A model generated the notes under the pieces. It had not been told where the DNA came from. It saw only the letters and a program-made list of their open reading frames with translations, and did not search any database. From assembly GCF_006345805.1 (NCBI RefSeq), contig NC_043011.1:14334464-14398463 (forward strand): 64,000 nt of DNA, read 5' to 3'. This DNA is from Octopus sinensis. Lineage: Eukaryota. Shown here piece by piece: positions 40,340 through 52,870 of this stretch. Position 1 is the first letter of the stretch. Each line of letters begins with the position of its first letter. The position numbers and the translations under genes were made by a program.

Positions 40340-40808
40340 AGCGTTCCGTTGTCGAATTCGTCCGCAGGGCCAGGCCGTCAATCGAGAGTTCTCCTGCGAC
40401 GTTTTGAAGCTTTTGAGGGAGGACACCTGACGAAAGCGACCGGATCTGTGGAGCGCGAAGAACTGGAATCTTCACTGCGCTCTCCACACTCGTGAGTTTC
40501 ACGCACCTGCCCTATTCGCCAGATTTAGCGCCTGCGAACCTCCATCTCTTCCTCGAGATGAAAATGAAGCTCAAGGGTCATCGTTTTAACACCGTTGTCG
40601 AGATCAACAGCGAATCGCAGAATGTCCTCGACTAACTTACGGAAAAAGGATTTCCAGGCCGGATTCCAAAAGTTGAAGAAACGCTGGGACAGGTGTATTG
40701 CTGCGCAAGGTGAATATTTCAAAGGAGATGATATCAAAACTTAGGTAAATAAATAATTTTTTTTATTAAACATAGCTAATCCAAGAACCTTTTGATATCA
40801 CCTCGTGT
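40340..40808 (+). pseudogene. Mariner (Tc1/mariner) transposase 3' fragment with probable right TIR
   Basis: HLPYSPDLAPANLHLFLEMKMKLKGHRF...FQKLKKRWDRCIAAQGEYF; hallmark YSPDLAP motif. Confidence 0.88.
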
Positions 40809-40880
<72 letters not shown>

Positions 40881-41106
40881 GGTTGCTATTATGTAAAATT
40901 ATCGTAAGTCCAAAACGTTGCTTTTCAGAAAACGAATAAATAGTTTCATCATTCCATAGCGAAACCACTGTACTGCACTTTGACAATTTTTGATATCTTG
41001 GCGTCTGAAGCGGCTGGAGATACGATAGTATAACCAAATATTGTAAGCAAAAGTAAATATTGAACAAAACGCATTTGGCTAAATTTGGACATATGATAGT
41101 TTAACG

Positions 41107-41172
<66 letters not shown>

Positions 41173-41519
41173 TAATCCAAACAAGAAAGCACAAAAAAAA
41201 ACACAACAACGCGAGGACGTGGAACAAATATAGTATTATTGGACGCTCAGGAAAGAAGGAGGGTTTAACGTTTCGAGCGGAGCTCTTCGTCGGAAACATA
41301 GGAGAAGGAAAGATCCAGAGAAGGGAAGACAGAGGAAAAAAATCGCCAACGGTACACACGAGGTCACATACCCACGAATACACACCCACCCACACACATT
41401 CATACACACATAGGCGCAGGCGTGGTTGTGTGGTAAGAACAACTACATGGTTCCGGCTCTTCTACAATAGCCTCGGGCTACTCAAAGTCTTGTGGGTGGG
41501 ATTGGTAGACGGAAAATGT

Positions 41520-41555
<36 letters not shown>

Positions 41556-42959
41556 TATCCGTATTTGTCCCACCACTTGACAACCGGTGTTGACGTGTTT
41601 ATGTCCTCGTAACTTAGTGGTTCGGCAAACGATACCGGGCTTAAAAAAACATAAAATAGGCCGACTTGTCCGACTAGAATTTTTCAAGGCGGTGCCTCAA
41701 CATGGAAGCCGTCTAATAACAGAAATATGTTAAAGATAAAAGATAAACATGCATTCATTGTGGGTGTTCATTAACAGGCAGGGAAGAGAGAGAAAACTTA
41801 GGAGAGGAGAAAAGAGAGGAAAAGTAGAGAGGATGGGAGCTAAGTGAAGATATGCTATAAGTTCCAATTGACAATTTGTATCAAAAGGGATAAACAAGTA
41901 TGATGCTGGGAGATAGAAGCGATTAGAAAGTATGCATTAGATAGAAAAATTCGATAAAGATCTAAAGATATTATCACTGTAGGGTGTGAAAGAAGAAAAA
42001 AAACCCTCCAAAAACTCGACATACAGGCATAGAAAAAAACCGATCAAAATAAACAGCCGAAGTTTAATTACGAAATGTGTAAGGACGTAGAAAAATATAT
42101 CGGAAAATATGTAAACAACCAATCCAATTAATTCAACGTAGAAGTGATATTAAAAAAAATGAGTAATATAATATAATTAGATATAATATAATATAATAAG
42201 GTGGCGAGCTGGCAGAAACGTTAGTACGCCGGGCGAAGTGCGTAGTTCAAATTCCGCCGAGGTCGACTTTGCCTTTCATCCTTTCGGGGTCGATTAAATA
42301 AGTACCAGTTACGCACTGGGGTCGATGTAATCGACTTAATCCCTTTGTTTGTCCTTGTTTGTCCCCTCTATGTTTAGCCCCATGTGGGCAATAAACAAAT
42401 AAGAATAGTTGGCACGCCGAGCAAAATACTTTCATTTCGTCTGCCTTTACGCCATAAGTTCAAATTTCGCCGAGGTCCAATTTGTCTTTCATCTTTTCTG
42501 GGTCGATAAAATAAGTACCAGTTGAACTCTGGGGTCGATGTAATCGATTTACCCACTCATTCGAGATTACTGCCCTTGTGCCAAAATCTGAAAACAATAT
42601 AATTTAATCGATAAACAGAAAAGACTACGAAATTTCGATATCTGACGTTCTCGTTCACCCCCGAAGGGGTTCGTTTCCTTTAGCGCTGAAGTATACACTG
42701 TCTTTACATTATAGAGCTGCTTGTAACACAAATTTTGAATAATATGACACAATAAACGTGTGTATAACCTATAACATAGTCGATAAAAGGTCTTCCTAAC
42801 GATAAAGATGAAACAAAAAGAAAAATTATCTTTTAAAGTTATATAAGATCGAAGGTGCCTGTCAGAAGGGAACAATTCTTGTTCAAAATTACAAAAAAAA
42901 TAAGAAAACATTTCTAACATATTCGAAGTTATGTTAAAAGCAGTAAAGAATTTGCATAA

Positions 42960-45060
42960 TGAGATATGGCAATAAATAATATATTAATATATTAATCATC
43001 CAGTGGCAAATGCCTCGAACAGAAACTACGAAGAATGCCTATAACAGCAGAAGCAGTTTCTTTCAAATGCCACACATGTTTAGATGAACCAGTCAATGGC
43101 CTACTTTCTAGATATATAAAGGAATATTTCATTTTGGGATTTGGTTTGCAAGATTCTTTATGTGAGTTCATGTGTTGAAGCATATTCTGTTGTGTCTGGG
43201 TAGAGTCATTTTCTTTTTGTGCCTTATAATTTAACACATTCACCGGTAAAATTTCCACTTATTTCTTATTTTTTATTTCCTAAAATTTTCGTTGCGTCTT
43301 GCAACCTTTGCAGTAGTTTTGACTCTGTCCGTTATTTACACTGCGTCCCCTTTTGTTTGTTTGTGCGCATGTGTGTGGGTCGTACAAACAAAAACAAAAA
43401 GGAACGCAGTGTAAATAACGGACAGAGTCAAGATTATTGAAAAGGTTGCAAGACGCAACGAAAATTTTAGAAAATAAAAATAAGAAATAAATGGAAATTT
43501 TACCGGTAAGTGTGTTAAATAATAAGGCACTAAAAGAGAATGACTTTCCCCAGACACAACAGAATAAAGGAATATTTATATAAATAAAATATCGTCTTAA
43601 AGCTGTTTTTGTAACTCCGGTGTAAGTTTTATATGTAGGGCTATTATTCACCTAGTCCTTAGCTTTATATACAACTCCTTTGATCATAAAATTATCATTC
43701 AGAAGGCAGTTACAAAATCTTTACAATTACACTTAGGCTGTCATCATATTATCGAGTCTACTCATATCATGCTTGCTAACAAACGAAACAAAGTTTTTAT
43801 GGCAAGAATAGCTAACTTTCAGGATTCTACCGTTAAATATTCTGCAATACTTACGGCACCTGGGGAAATGTCAAGATACTAAGTTTAAAAAATTCTCTAG
43901 TTCCGTTGCCTTTGACATTCATGCTAAATGTTGGGATGAACAACAACATGTTTCTACTTTTGCAAGATCTGGGATTATTTACGCCGCCAACGTAATGAAT
44001 CTACTCGGAGAATCTGCTATTTCCAAGGGCATACTTGTAGCAAGAGGGGGCCGTGTTAATAACCGTCTCAATCTATGACAAAGGGAACAAACTATGTTAT
44101 AGACAATGTTTTTAATTATATAGGGCAGGTGATTGGAATCCTTATTAATATAAAATTGTCTTTCATTAGGATTACGATAAGACCAACAACTGTTATGTAG
44201 ACCTAAAGTGGTATGAAAAAGGGTATACTACTAAGGTTCGTGTCAGTCGTGATTCTTAAAGTCATATACAGGAAGAAGGCAATAAAATCCTTCATAAGCC
44301 TATTGAGTTCATGCTCAATAGTCTTAAGAGGGTAAGACTTACCTGGCCATCATTGCAGCACGAAGCTTTGTCAGTGAACAGGTCGCGGCCTCAAAGCGAC
44401 GAAAATATTTTGACAAATTAAATTTAAATGTTGAAGTGAATCTAACGGTTTTGTGTGTTTCTTAAATGGCTTATAAACACCTTCCACGCTGCAATTGTTT
44501 TCGTTCCAGCACACGGTCTCAGATCAAGTCACTTGCTATGCAAGTACATCTCCATATTTATATTCATATCTATATACACCCGCACTTGAATATGAGAGTT
44601 CTGTATGTAAACAATCCAGAATATACGTTCCAACAAACATATATAATTCTGGTCTGTTATACATAACTATAGCTTCATCGAACAATTCATTACCGTTTTT
44701 GTTAATCAAAGGAGAACCGTTAAAACCCTTAAATGATTTTCAGGAGTGCAGAATGACATCAATGTTCGCGTCACTGACGGACGCGTATGTTTTAGCAATT
44801 ATTATGCCTGTTTCCAAAGTCTATTAGTTGATTTATGTTATTTAGTTGTTATTTCCATTTCGACTCGTTTTTCTTTAATGTTTATATTTTTCTTATGAAT
44901 GTTCAAAGATTTTGATCCAATAGATTCATTCTATTTTGAAGAGTAATAACACTCCGTCCAATAAGTTTTAACGTTTATTTGATGAGTTACTAAATAATTA
45001 TCACTGCACTGTCTATAAACGCTTATAAGCTAGAGTATTGTTAAAATACTCACGACTCTC
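42960..45060 (-). pseudogene. Penelope-like element RT + GIY-YIG endonuclease remnant, interrupted by a fold-back insertion
   Basis: Colinear motifs: IDVILHS*KSF...LFDEAIVMYNRPELYMFVGTYIL...GVYRYE (cf. FDV.MGSYDGAE.CELVG..IL...GLYRDD), NKDSNHLP (SNHPP), LFIPTFSMNV, HFP, ILKVSYSC, GVVYKAK, KTYTGVT, SKHVWHLKE. Confidence 0.8.
43130..43566. mobile_element. Fold-back insertion (~180-bp arms) with 13-14-bp TSD; related single-arm copy at ~10490-10690
   Basis: 43183-43364 is approximately the reverse complement of 43383-43566; ATAAAGGAATATTT at 43116-43129 and 43564-43577. Confidence 0.8.
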
Positions 45061-45601
45061 CGATGATCGGCTATATGAAACTCTGAATAACAATTTGTTA
45101 AATCTTTTCAGCTCAAAAAAAAAAAATGTATTGGAATTTGAGTGCTATTTTCTTCACCTTGTTTTGCACATGCGCGCGCGCGCGTATATATGTGTGTGTG
45201 TATGTGTGTATATATATATAAACATATATGTATACACACACACATACACACATATATATATATACACAAAAATTCTATAATTATGAGCATAATTACAATT
45301 AGGGTTCAGCAAAATTTGCTTCACCACATACCGAAATTTAGAAATAGCAGTTAAAATACTATTCTACTATCATAAGATATCTCCCAGACAGCAATATTCT
45401 ACAACTCACGCAGGTAAAGAGAAAATAAAATAACGAATCCACCCTGCTTTGATTAACTGTATACGCGTTTCGGGGTTAAAGAGATAAAAAAGATGTAAAA
45501 TCATATTTCTACACACTTATTCCCTTCCTCAATACAGTATTTTATATTTTAAATTTGAGAGCACTGATAAGTTCTCTGTCTAGAACTTTCATACATACCT
45601 T

Positions 45602-45677
45602 GTCTCTGACGACGGAATACCCAGTGTACGGACATGCTAACCTATCACTTGGGATATCCCAGAAACGGCTGTAAGAC
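45602..45677 (+). ncRNA. Putative type-I hammerhead ribozyme with extended stem II
   Basis: GTCT-CTGACGA-[imperfect long hairpin]-GAA-ACGGCTGT-A-AGAC; stem III is one change from the palindrome ACAGCTGT. Confidence 0.6.
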
Positions 45678-46044
45678 TTCTAATTCATCTTACCTTAACT
45701 GAATTATAAGTGACTTGAGATCCTCGTCCTGCCTTGGTTTTTGTTGTCTTTTTCCTCTAATATATATATATATGTATGTGTGTGTGTGTGTTTGTGTGCC
45801 TGTGTATGTATGTACACACACACATATATATTATATAAGGTTATGTATATATATATATGTATATGTAAGTGTTTGTGCGTGCGTGTGTTTGTGTGTGTGT
45901 TTGTGTGCGTGTGTTTGTGTGTGTGTGTGTGTTTGTGTGCCTATGTGTGTATGTACACACATACATATATATTACATAAGGTTATGTATATATATATATA
46001 TGTATATGTAAGTGCTTGTGCATGCGTGTTTGTGTGTGTGTGAA

Positions 46045-46200
46045 GGAGCGTGGCCTAGTGATTAGGGTGTAGTACTTACGATAGTGAGATCGTAGTTTCG
46101 ATTCTCAGACTATCTGAGTATTGTGTTCTTGAACAAAACATTAGTTTCACGTTGCTCCAGTCCACTCAGCAGTAAACGGCTAACCCTGCGATCGGTAAGC
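46045..46200 (+). mobile_element. tRNA-derived SINE (fourth family, diverged)
   Basis: GGAGCGTGGCCTAGTGATTAGGG (A-box), GTTTCGATTCTC (B-box), body TTTCACGTTGCTCCAGTCCACTCAGC. Confidence 0.55.
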
Positions 46201-46285
46201 CTTCAATGAGTGATCCTGGCATGAATAATCATGTTGTTGATGTTCAAATTCCAATGAAGGAGCATTGAATCTGGGTTAGAAACTA

Positions 46286-46693
46286 GGATCTTTTCGGTTT
46301 GAACGGCAGTTTTTTCTAGCGGTGTCATATGAAATTGTCACCCATAATTATGACCCTAGTATCGATCTATTGCATTTCAATCTGTTTTAGGGTTAGGGTT
46401 AGGGGTGGGGGGAAGGGTATCTTTTTTTCTTTATAAATGTAAATAAACCCCATCTGTTTCTTAAACGAGGGACATATTCATACGGCATAGAATGCTTTTT
46501 ACCTCGATTGATTGGTTGAAATTGCAGAAATTGAAGAAAAACAACAACAAATCTCTTACAAACTATAGAATTTTCTCAATAAAGCCAAGAATAAAAGATG
46601 TTATGTAAACACATTCTACCAGTATACGAAGTTTAAAAGTGTTTAGTTACCTAGAAATTATGTTAAAAACTGCCGTTCAAACCGAAAAGATCC
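46286..46693 (-). mobile_element. Merlin-type MITE copy
   Basis: Same TIRs as 37316-37737; imperfect TSD GAAACTA / GAAACTG. Confidence 0.88.
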
Positions 46694-47317
46694 GAAACTG
46701 GCTCTTTCTCTATTAGCAAGAAATCTTGAAATAAAACTGAACAATAACATACACACATATGCATGCACATATACATACACACACATTTTTGTATATGAGA
46801 AACAAAGGTAATGTCGCCCTCAAATTTTATAATGTACAAAACACAAAAACGAAAAACGTAAAACGCAATAATAGAGAAACACTAAAACTGGCATTGTTCC
46901 TGCTTTTGATCAGTACCTTTAGCTTAAACGCCATTTAGCAAAATGCTGTCTCGCAGGTTATAAAAAGGTCATTGCTCATAAGATGAGTTTATCACTTACA
47001 TCCCATCAAAGTCTCATTCATCATCTGATTGTCCAAATAATTGCAGCCATACTTCTCAATTTAGATTTTCACCCGGGTTCTATCAAATCATTTTGTCATC
47101 TTCATCTGAACTTGCAGTGGTGCTTCAACTGCATCCCCAGCAGCTTATCTTCTGTGCCCGGCAGCTTATCTTATTTGCCACTTAATTTTATTCTTCATGC
47201 CGCTATTTAAAAACCTATTGGAAACCGTATGTTTACTTTAACCCTTGTAACAAGGCTAGGCTTTTAAAAATTATTTCTTCTTTTATTTTTTCACTTCATC
47301 ATATGATATCCTTGATA

Positions 47318-47549
47318 AGGCGGCGAGCTGGTAGAAACGTTAGCCCGCCGGGCGAAATGCATAACCGTATTTCGTCTGCCGTTACGTTCTGAGTTCAAAT
47401 TCCGCCGAGGTCGACTTTGCCTTTCATCCTTTCGGGGTCGATTAAATAAGTACCAGTTACGCACTGGGGTCGATGTAATCAACTTAATCCGTTTGTCTGT
47501 CCTTGTTTGTCCCCTCTGTGTATAGAGCCTTCTGGGTAGTAAACAAATG
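47318..47549 (+). mobile_element. SINE family A copy with 18-bp TSD
   Basis: CATATGATATCCTTGATA (47300-47317) and CATATGATATCTTTGATA (47550-47567). Confidence 0.88.
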
Positions 47550-48282
47550 CATATGATATCTTTGATATGTCGTGCCTCTTAATTTCATTCTAAAAATTGC
47601 TTGTCGAAACAACATCAAGTATTACAGCTTAAAGAGGTTTTCATATATTGGTTTCAAATTTTGGCTCGAGGCCAGCAATTTTGATGAAGGGGATGTGTTG
47701 AATACACGAACCCCTGTGCTCAACTGGTTCTTATTCCATCGGCCCTGAAAGGATGAAAGGCAAAGTTAATTTTAGTGGAACTTGAATTCAGAACATAAAG
47801 ACGGACGAAATGCCGCTAAGCATTTAGACCGGCATGGTAACGATTCTGTTTGATTGCCGCCTTAAGGTCACCAAATATTACAATGCGTTTCACAGGCTCA
47901 GTAAGATATGCTGTAAACTGGTCTCAAACCAGCATTATAGGTTTCTTTTTAAGTGCTCCAAATGCTATATTTTTCTCAGCCAAAAACCTATGCCTTCTCT
48001 GTTCATTCAGCCTTTATAGTAATAGTAAACAACGTATACCACCCTGGTGCTAGTGCTAACAACATTTATAACTATTATTGATTGTATTCCTTATGTACAC
48101 AGTTCTTCATAGTTGAAGGCGATTGATGAACTATAAAAAACTAGTCGTCAGATAGTTAAGATTCACTGCTTTCGGTATCTTTGTTTTCACTGATTTGTTT
48201 TTGCATTTGTTTTTACATTCGAGTATAATTTCCGATTTTTAAAAATATTAAATTTCTCGCAGCACACACACACACAAACTCA

Positions 48283-48366
<84 letters not shown>

Positions 48367-48413
48367 AGAATAAGGTGTACGTACGCCGCTATAATATATA
48401 TATATAAATACAA

Positions 48414-48636
48414 AATGGGACAAGAACGCAAAACATTCAAATAGACGATACAAAAAACACGGACGGGTCATTCGAGCCTCTAATCTTCAGTCAAGAACCG
48501 GATCATCCTCGCAATTTAGGCTGATTAATCTTCGAAATTGCGAGGATGATCCGGTTCCTGACTGAAGATTAGAGGCTTCGAATGACCCGTCTGTGTTTTT
48601 TGCATCGTCTATTTGAATGTTTTGCGTTCTTGTCCC

Positions 48637-48639
<3 letters not shown>
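48414..48639. repeat. Palindrome, ~104-bp arms, 17-bp spacer, between (TA)n arrays
   Basis: 48414-48517 is approximately the reverse complement of 48535-48639, with about 4 differences. Confidence 0.9.
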
Positions 48640-48681
<42 letters not shown>

Positions 48682-50384
48682 TATATAAACAGATCAGAGA
48701 CAGAGAATGGAATTCACGAGATACTTTATAAAAATCCACTGCAATTGTTCTGCACCTGTAGCTCATTGGTGGGATGCTATATAATCAATTGCCTCGCACA
48801 AGATATGCAAATTGCACCTCCTCAGGTGACTTTTTAAACAAGTACCTTGCTATTTCTCCGCTCGACTTTACTTAGCCTTATAACAGTATGTATCTAGGTA
48901 GTTACTAAGGTGGAGAGCTGGCAGTGTCATTAGTAGGCCAGATAAAATGCCGCTAAGCATTTCGTCCGGCCTGCTTAGCAGCATTTCGTCCATCTTTACG
49001 TTCTGAGTTCAAATTCCGCCGAAGTCGACCTTGCATTTTATCCTTTTGGGATCGATAAATATCCCAAAAGGGTGAAAGGCAAGGTCGATCATTGAGGTCG
49101 ATGTAATCGTATTATCCCCTAACTTGCTGGCCTTATCTCAAAATTTGAAACTATATCAGGGTAGTTGCTGCATTCTGTTTCCCGAAAGAAGCTGAGTGAG
49201 AAGATACACTTATGTATATTATATATATCTGTGTGTGTGTGTGTGTTTCGACACACATAAAGCAATGTATTTAGTGCTACTTTGTCTTATATTCTATCTG
49301 TCTGCTTGTCTGTTTACATAGAAACCTACGTAGATATATGCATGCATCCATACATATATATGTATATATCTTTTATTTTTACTCGTTTCAATCATTAATT
49401 AGACTGTAGCCATGCTAGGGTACCGCTTTGAATAATTTTAGTCAAACGAATATTTTCTTTGAAGCCTGGCACTTATTCTATTAGTCTCTTTAATCGAACA
49501 GGTAAGTTACAGGGACGTAAATACACCAATACCGGTTGTCAGACGGTGGCGGGTGACAAATGCAGACACAAAGATACATATACTCACTCCTCCCACAAAT
49601 ATATACACACATATACGACGAGCTTCTTTTAGTTTCCGTCTACCAAATCCACACACATGGCTTCGGTCGGTCCGCGGTTATAGTAGAAGATACCTAAATA
49701 AGAGGTCACGCAATGAGATTGAACCTAAAATCACGTGTTTAGGATGCAAACTTCTTACCACACAGCCCCGTCTGCACCTATATATATATAGGTCAAGGAA
49801 GACTTGACCGTTGTTTCTAGCAGATTGAGCGACTTAATAGATGGTTCTTCGTTGGCCCGTATTGCGGTTAGTGCCGCTACATGTATGGAGTTAACTCAGC
49901 GTAGGATTATGTCTGCCCGTATGTCGCATAATATATCATATAAACTCAACATATCGCATATCAACGATAGAGACACGCGGCTTGACTATGGTTTTGTTCT
50001 CCGTATCAGAGCTCATTAATGTACGTTTGTATTGATCAGAGCGTTGATCACTGGATCATTGTTTTGATAACTTTACCGCTCTTAGGGGAATTACAACCGT
50101 GTTTCGTAGTCTGCTACCACAACAGCTCCTTTATAGGATCCAGTTAGCTCAAGACATCATCAGGAGGAACCACGTCCGGTTTCGGCCCCTACTACTCTAC
50201 CGTTTTGACTGACTGACTTGTCAAAATTTCCCCTTTAAATACCTGCCGTTAGGCTCCAGCAGGCAGCCCCAGCAAGTTGTCGCGTGACACTGTTTCACCT
50301 TAACTGACAAGTGAAGGCGCGTAGTCTTAGCCCGCGCATTCTCTAAACGACTAATAAAGCGCCGATCACTCAGTCACCGTATCA

Positions 50385-52870
50385 CTATATCACTGTATTT
50401 CTGTGTTAATCGTTGTACCATCGTGTTCATGGTTGTACCTCTTTAATAGTCACTGTGGCTGTAAATCCTTGTTCATAATTTTAATCATTATAACTGTCGA
50501 ACACTGTATTGCAGTTTTGATCTTTTTACATGTGTGGTCGTCACTTCATCTCTGTGTTAATTACCGTATTGATGGTATCTCTCTAAGTTGATCACTGAAA
50601 TACATATTGCGCCAATGTGTCGACCATTGCACTACATCAGCATCGTGGAGGCACATGGCCTAGTGGTTAGAGCAGCGGACTCGCGGTCGAGAGATCGCAG
50701 GTTCGAATCTCAGACCAGGCGATGTGTGTGTTTATGAGCGAAACGCCTAAGCTCCACGCGGCTCCGGCAGAAGGTAATGGCAAAACTTCTGCTGACTCTT
50801 TCTCCACAACTTTCTCTCACTCATTTCTCCTGCATCTTGCAGCTCACCTGCGACGGACCGGCGTCCCGTCCAGGTGGGGAACCTATACGCCAAGAAACCG
50901 GGAAACCGGCCCTTATGAGCCAGGCATGGCCCGAGAAGGAGAGAGAACATCAGCATTGCAACACTGATTCGCTGTATCTCTGCATTAATAACTGTCCTAA
51001 ACATTATTTCAACGTCTTGTTATCGCTATTTGTATGTTCATCACTCTAACATTCTATTACTCACAATATTTTTATGTCAATCGCTGTATTACTGAGTTGA
51101 TCAGACAACTATATTACTATATCGCTGTAGCGTACTATATCTCTATTTTTTGATCTCTGCATATATCCGTATTCATCAATGTGTCTGTGTTGATCAATAA
51201 ATTACCGTATTGCTCACTCGATCTCCCTAGTGTTCCCTGTATAACCTTGTTTATCACTCTCTCTGTGTATCAACCACTGTATCTTTGCACCACACACTTC
51301 ATCACTGGGTGGGTCAGAGTGTTGATAATTGAATCAGTGAAACTGCGCAGGTCATTATAGTTCTCTGTTTATCACCGTGTCTCAAAGCAGATCACTGTTT
51401 TTCTGAGTTGCTCAGTTTGTCATTGGCTCTGCCATCAGTTAACATTGATTTAATTACTATGTCTCTCTGCTAGTTACTATATCATCGAGTTGATCATTGT
51501 GTCACTGAATTGATCACAGTGTCACTGCATTGATTATAATCTCATTGTGGTTGCTATAGTCTCTCAGTCGGTCACTGTATTAATCAATATATCTCTTTGT
51601 ATATCTTTGTTCATAAGGTCGATCATCATATCAATGTAATGATCTCTTATGTTTGTTACTGTTGCACTGGTGTTTATCATTATGTTCTAATAGCATTGTA
51701 TGAATCTATGACTCTAGTGATCGATATATCAATCTTTATATATCTGTGCCGACCACTGTATCACTATATTAATCCATGCACTAAGTGTTCGATCACTCTA
51801 TCAATATGTTGACCGCTGTATCAGTGAATCACTATGTTGATCACTGCATCTCTGTTGATCGCTATATTTGCTATCAATATGTTGACCGCTGTATCAGTGA
51901 ATCACTATGTTGATCACTGCATCTCTGTTGATCGCTATATTTGCTATCAATATGTTGACCGCTGTATCAGTGAATCACTATGTTGATCACTGCATCTCTG
52001 TTGATCGCTATATTTGATCACTGTATCACATTGTTGATCTCTGTATCTGTTGGTCAATCAGATTTGTTTTGATCAGTGTATCTCTGCGTTGGTTATTGTA
52101 TCATTATTCAGACTCCCTTTTAGTGTCTGATTTCTGTATGACTGAATGACCCAGTCATTTACTCTGCCACCGTGTGGATTAGTCTATCATAGAAATGCAA
52201 TGAGCAAGACGAGGATACAATGTGAAAACAGTGATATAGTATTATAGTGGTTAACACTGTGATACAATGATCAATACACTGAACAACATACATATAGAAG
52301 GATACGGATCTTTTCGGTTTGAACGGCAGTTTCTAACATAATTTCTAGGTAACTAAAAAATTTAAAACTTCGTATGCTGGTATAATGTGTTTATAAAACA
52401 TCCTTTTCTCTTGGCTTTATTGAGAAAATTCTATAGTTTGTAAGATATTTGTTGTTGTTTTTCCTTCAATCTCTTCAATTTCAACCAATCACTGACGTCT
52501 ATTGAGGTAAAAAAAACATTCTGTACCGTATGAATATGTCCCTCGTTTAAGAAACAGACTGGCTTTATTTACATTTGTGAATAAAAAATGATATCCTTCC
52601 CCCCACCCATAACCCTAACCCTAACTAACCCTAACCCTAAAACAGATTGAAATGCAATAGATCGATACTAGGGTCATAATTATGGGTGACAATTTCATAT
52701 GACACCGCTAGAAAAAACTGCCGTTCAAACCGAAAAAAGCCAAGGATACACTTATCAACAGAATGAATTATTTGTTGAGTACAGTAGCTATGAACTGATC
52801 GCTTGATCTCTATCTCGGTGTTGATCACTGCTGCTTCTCTGTGTTAATAATCACTATTAATCAATGTACC
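50385..52870. repeat. Degenerate GTTGATCACTGTATC-like satellite region containing a young 3x73-bp array (51798-52016)
   Basis: Recurrent TGATCAC/CACTGTAT motifs; period 73 at 51801, 51874, 51947. Confidence 0.7.
52306..52741 (+). mobile_element. Merlin-type MITE copy with perfect 8-bp TSD
   Basis: AAGGATAC at 52298-52305 and 52742-52749. Confidence 0.9.

Noticed and set aside
44338-44350. ACTTACCTGG resembling the U1 snRNA 5' end
   Set aside because: The following sequence does not match U1; it lies inside the PLE remnant
48555-48590. Hammerhead in the 48414-48639 palindrome
   Set aside because: CTGAAGA is present, but there is no paired stem II or GAAA-A15.1, so it was not called
50647-50720. 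Functional tRNA genes (also 11985-12056, 17896-17970, 61310-61385)
   Set aside because: tRNA-like heads run into SINE bodies; acceptor stems are not intact
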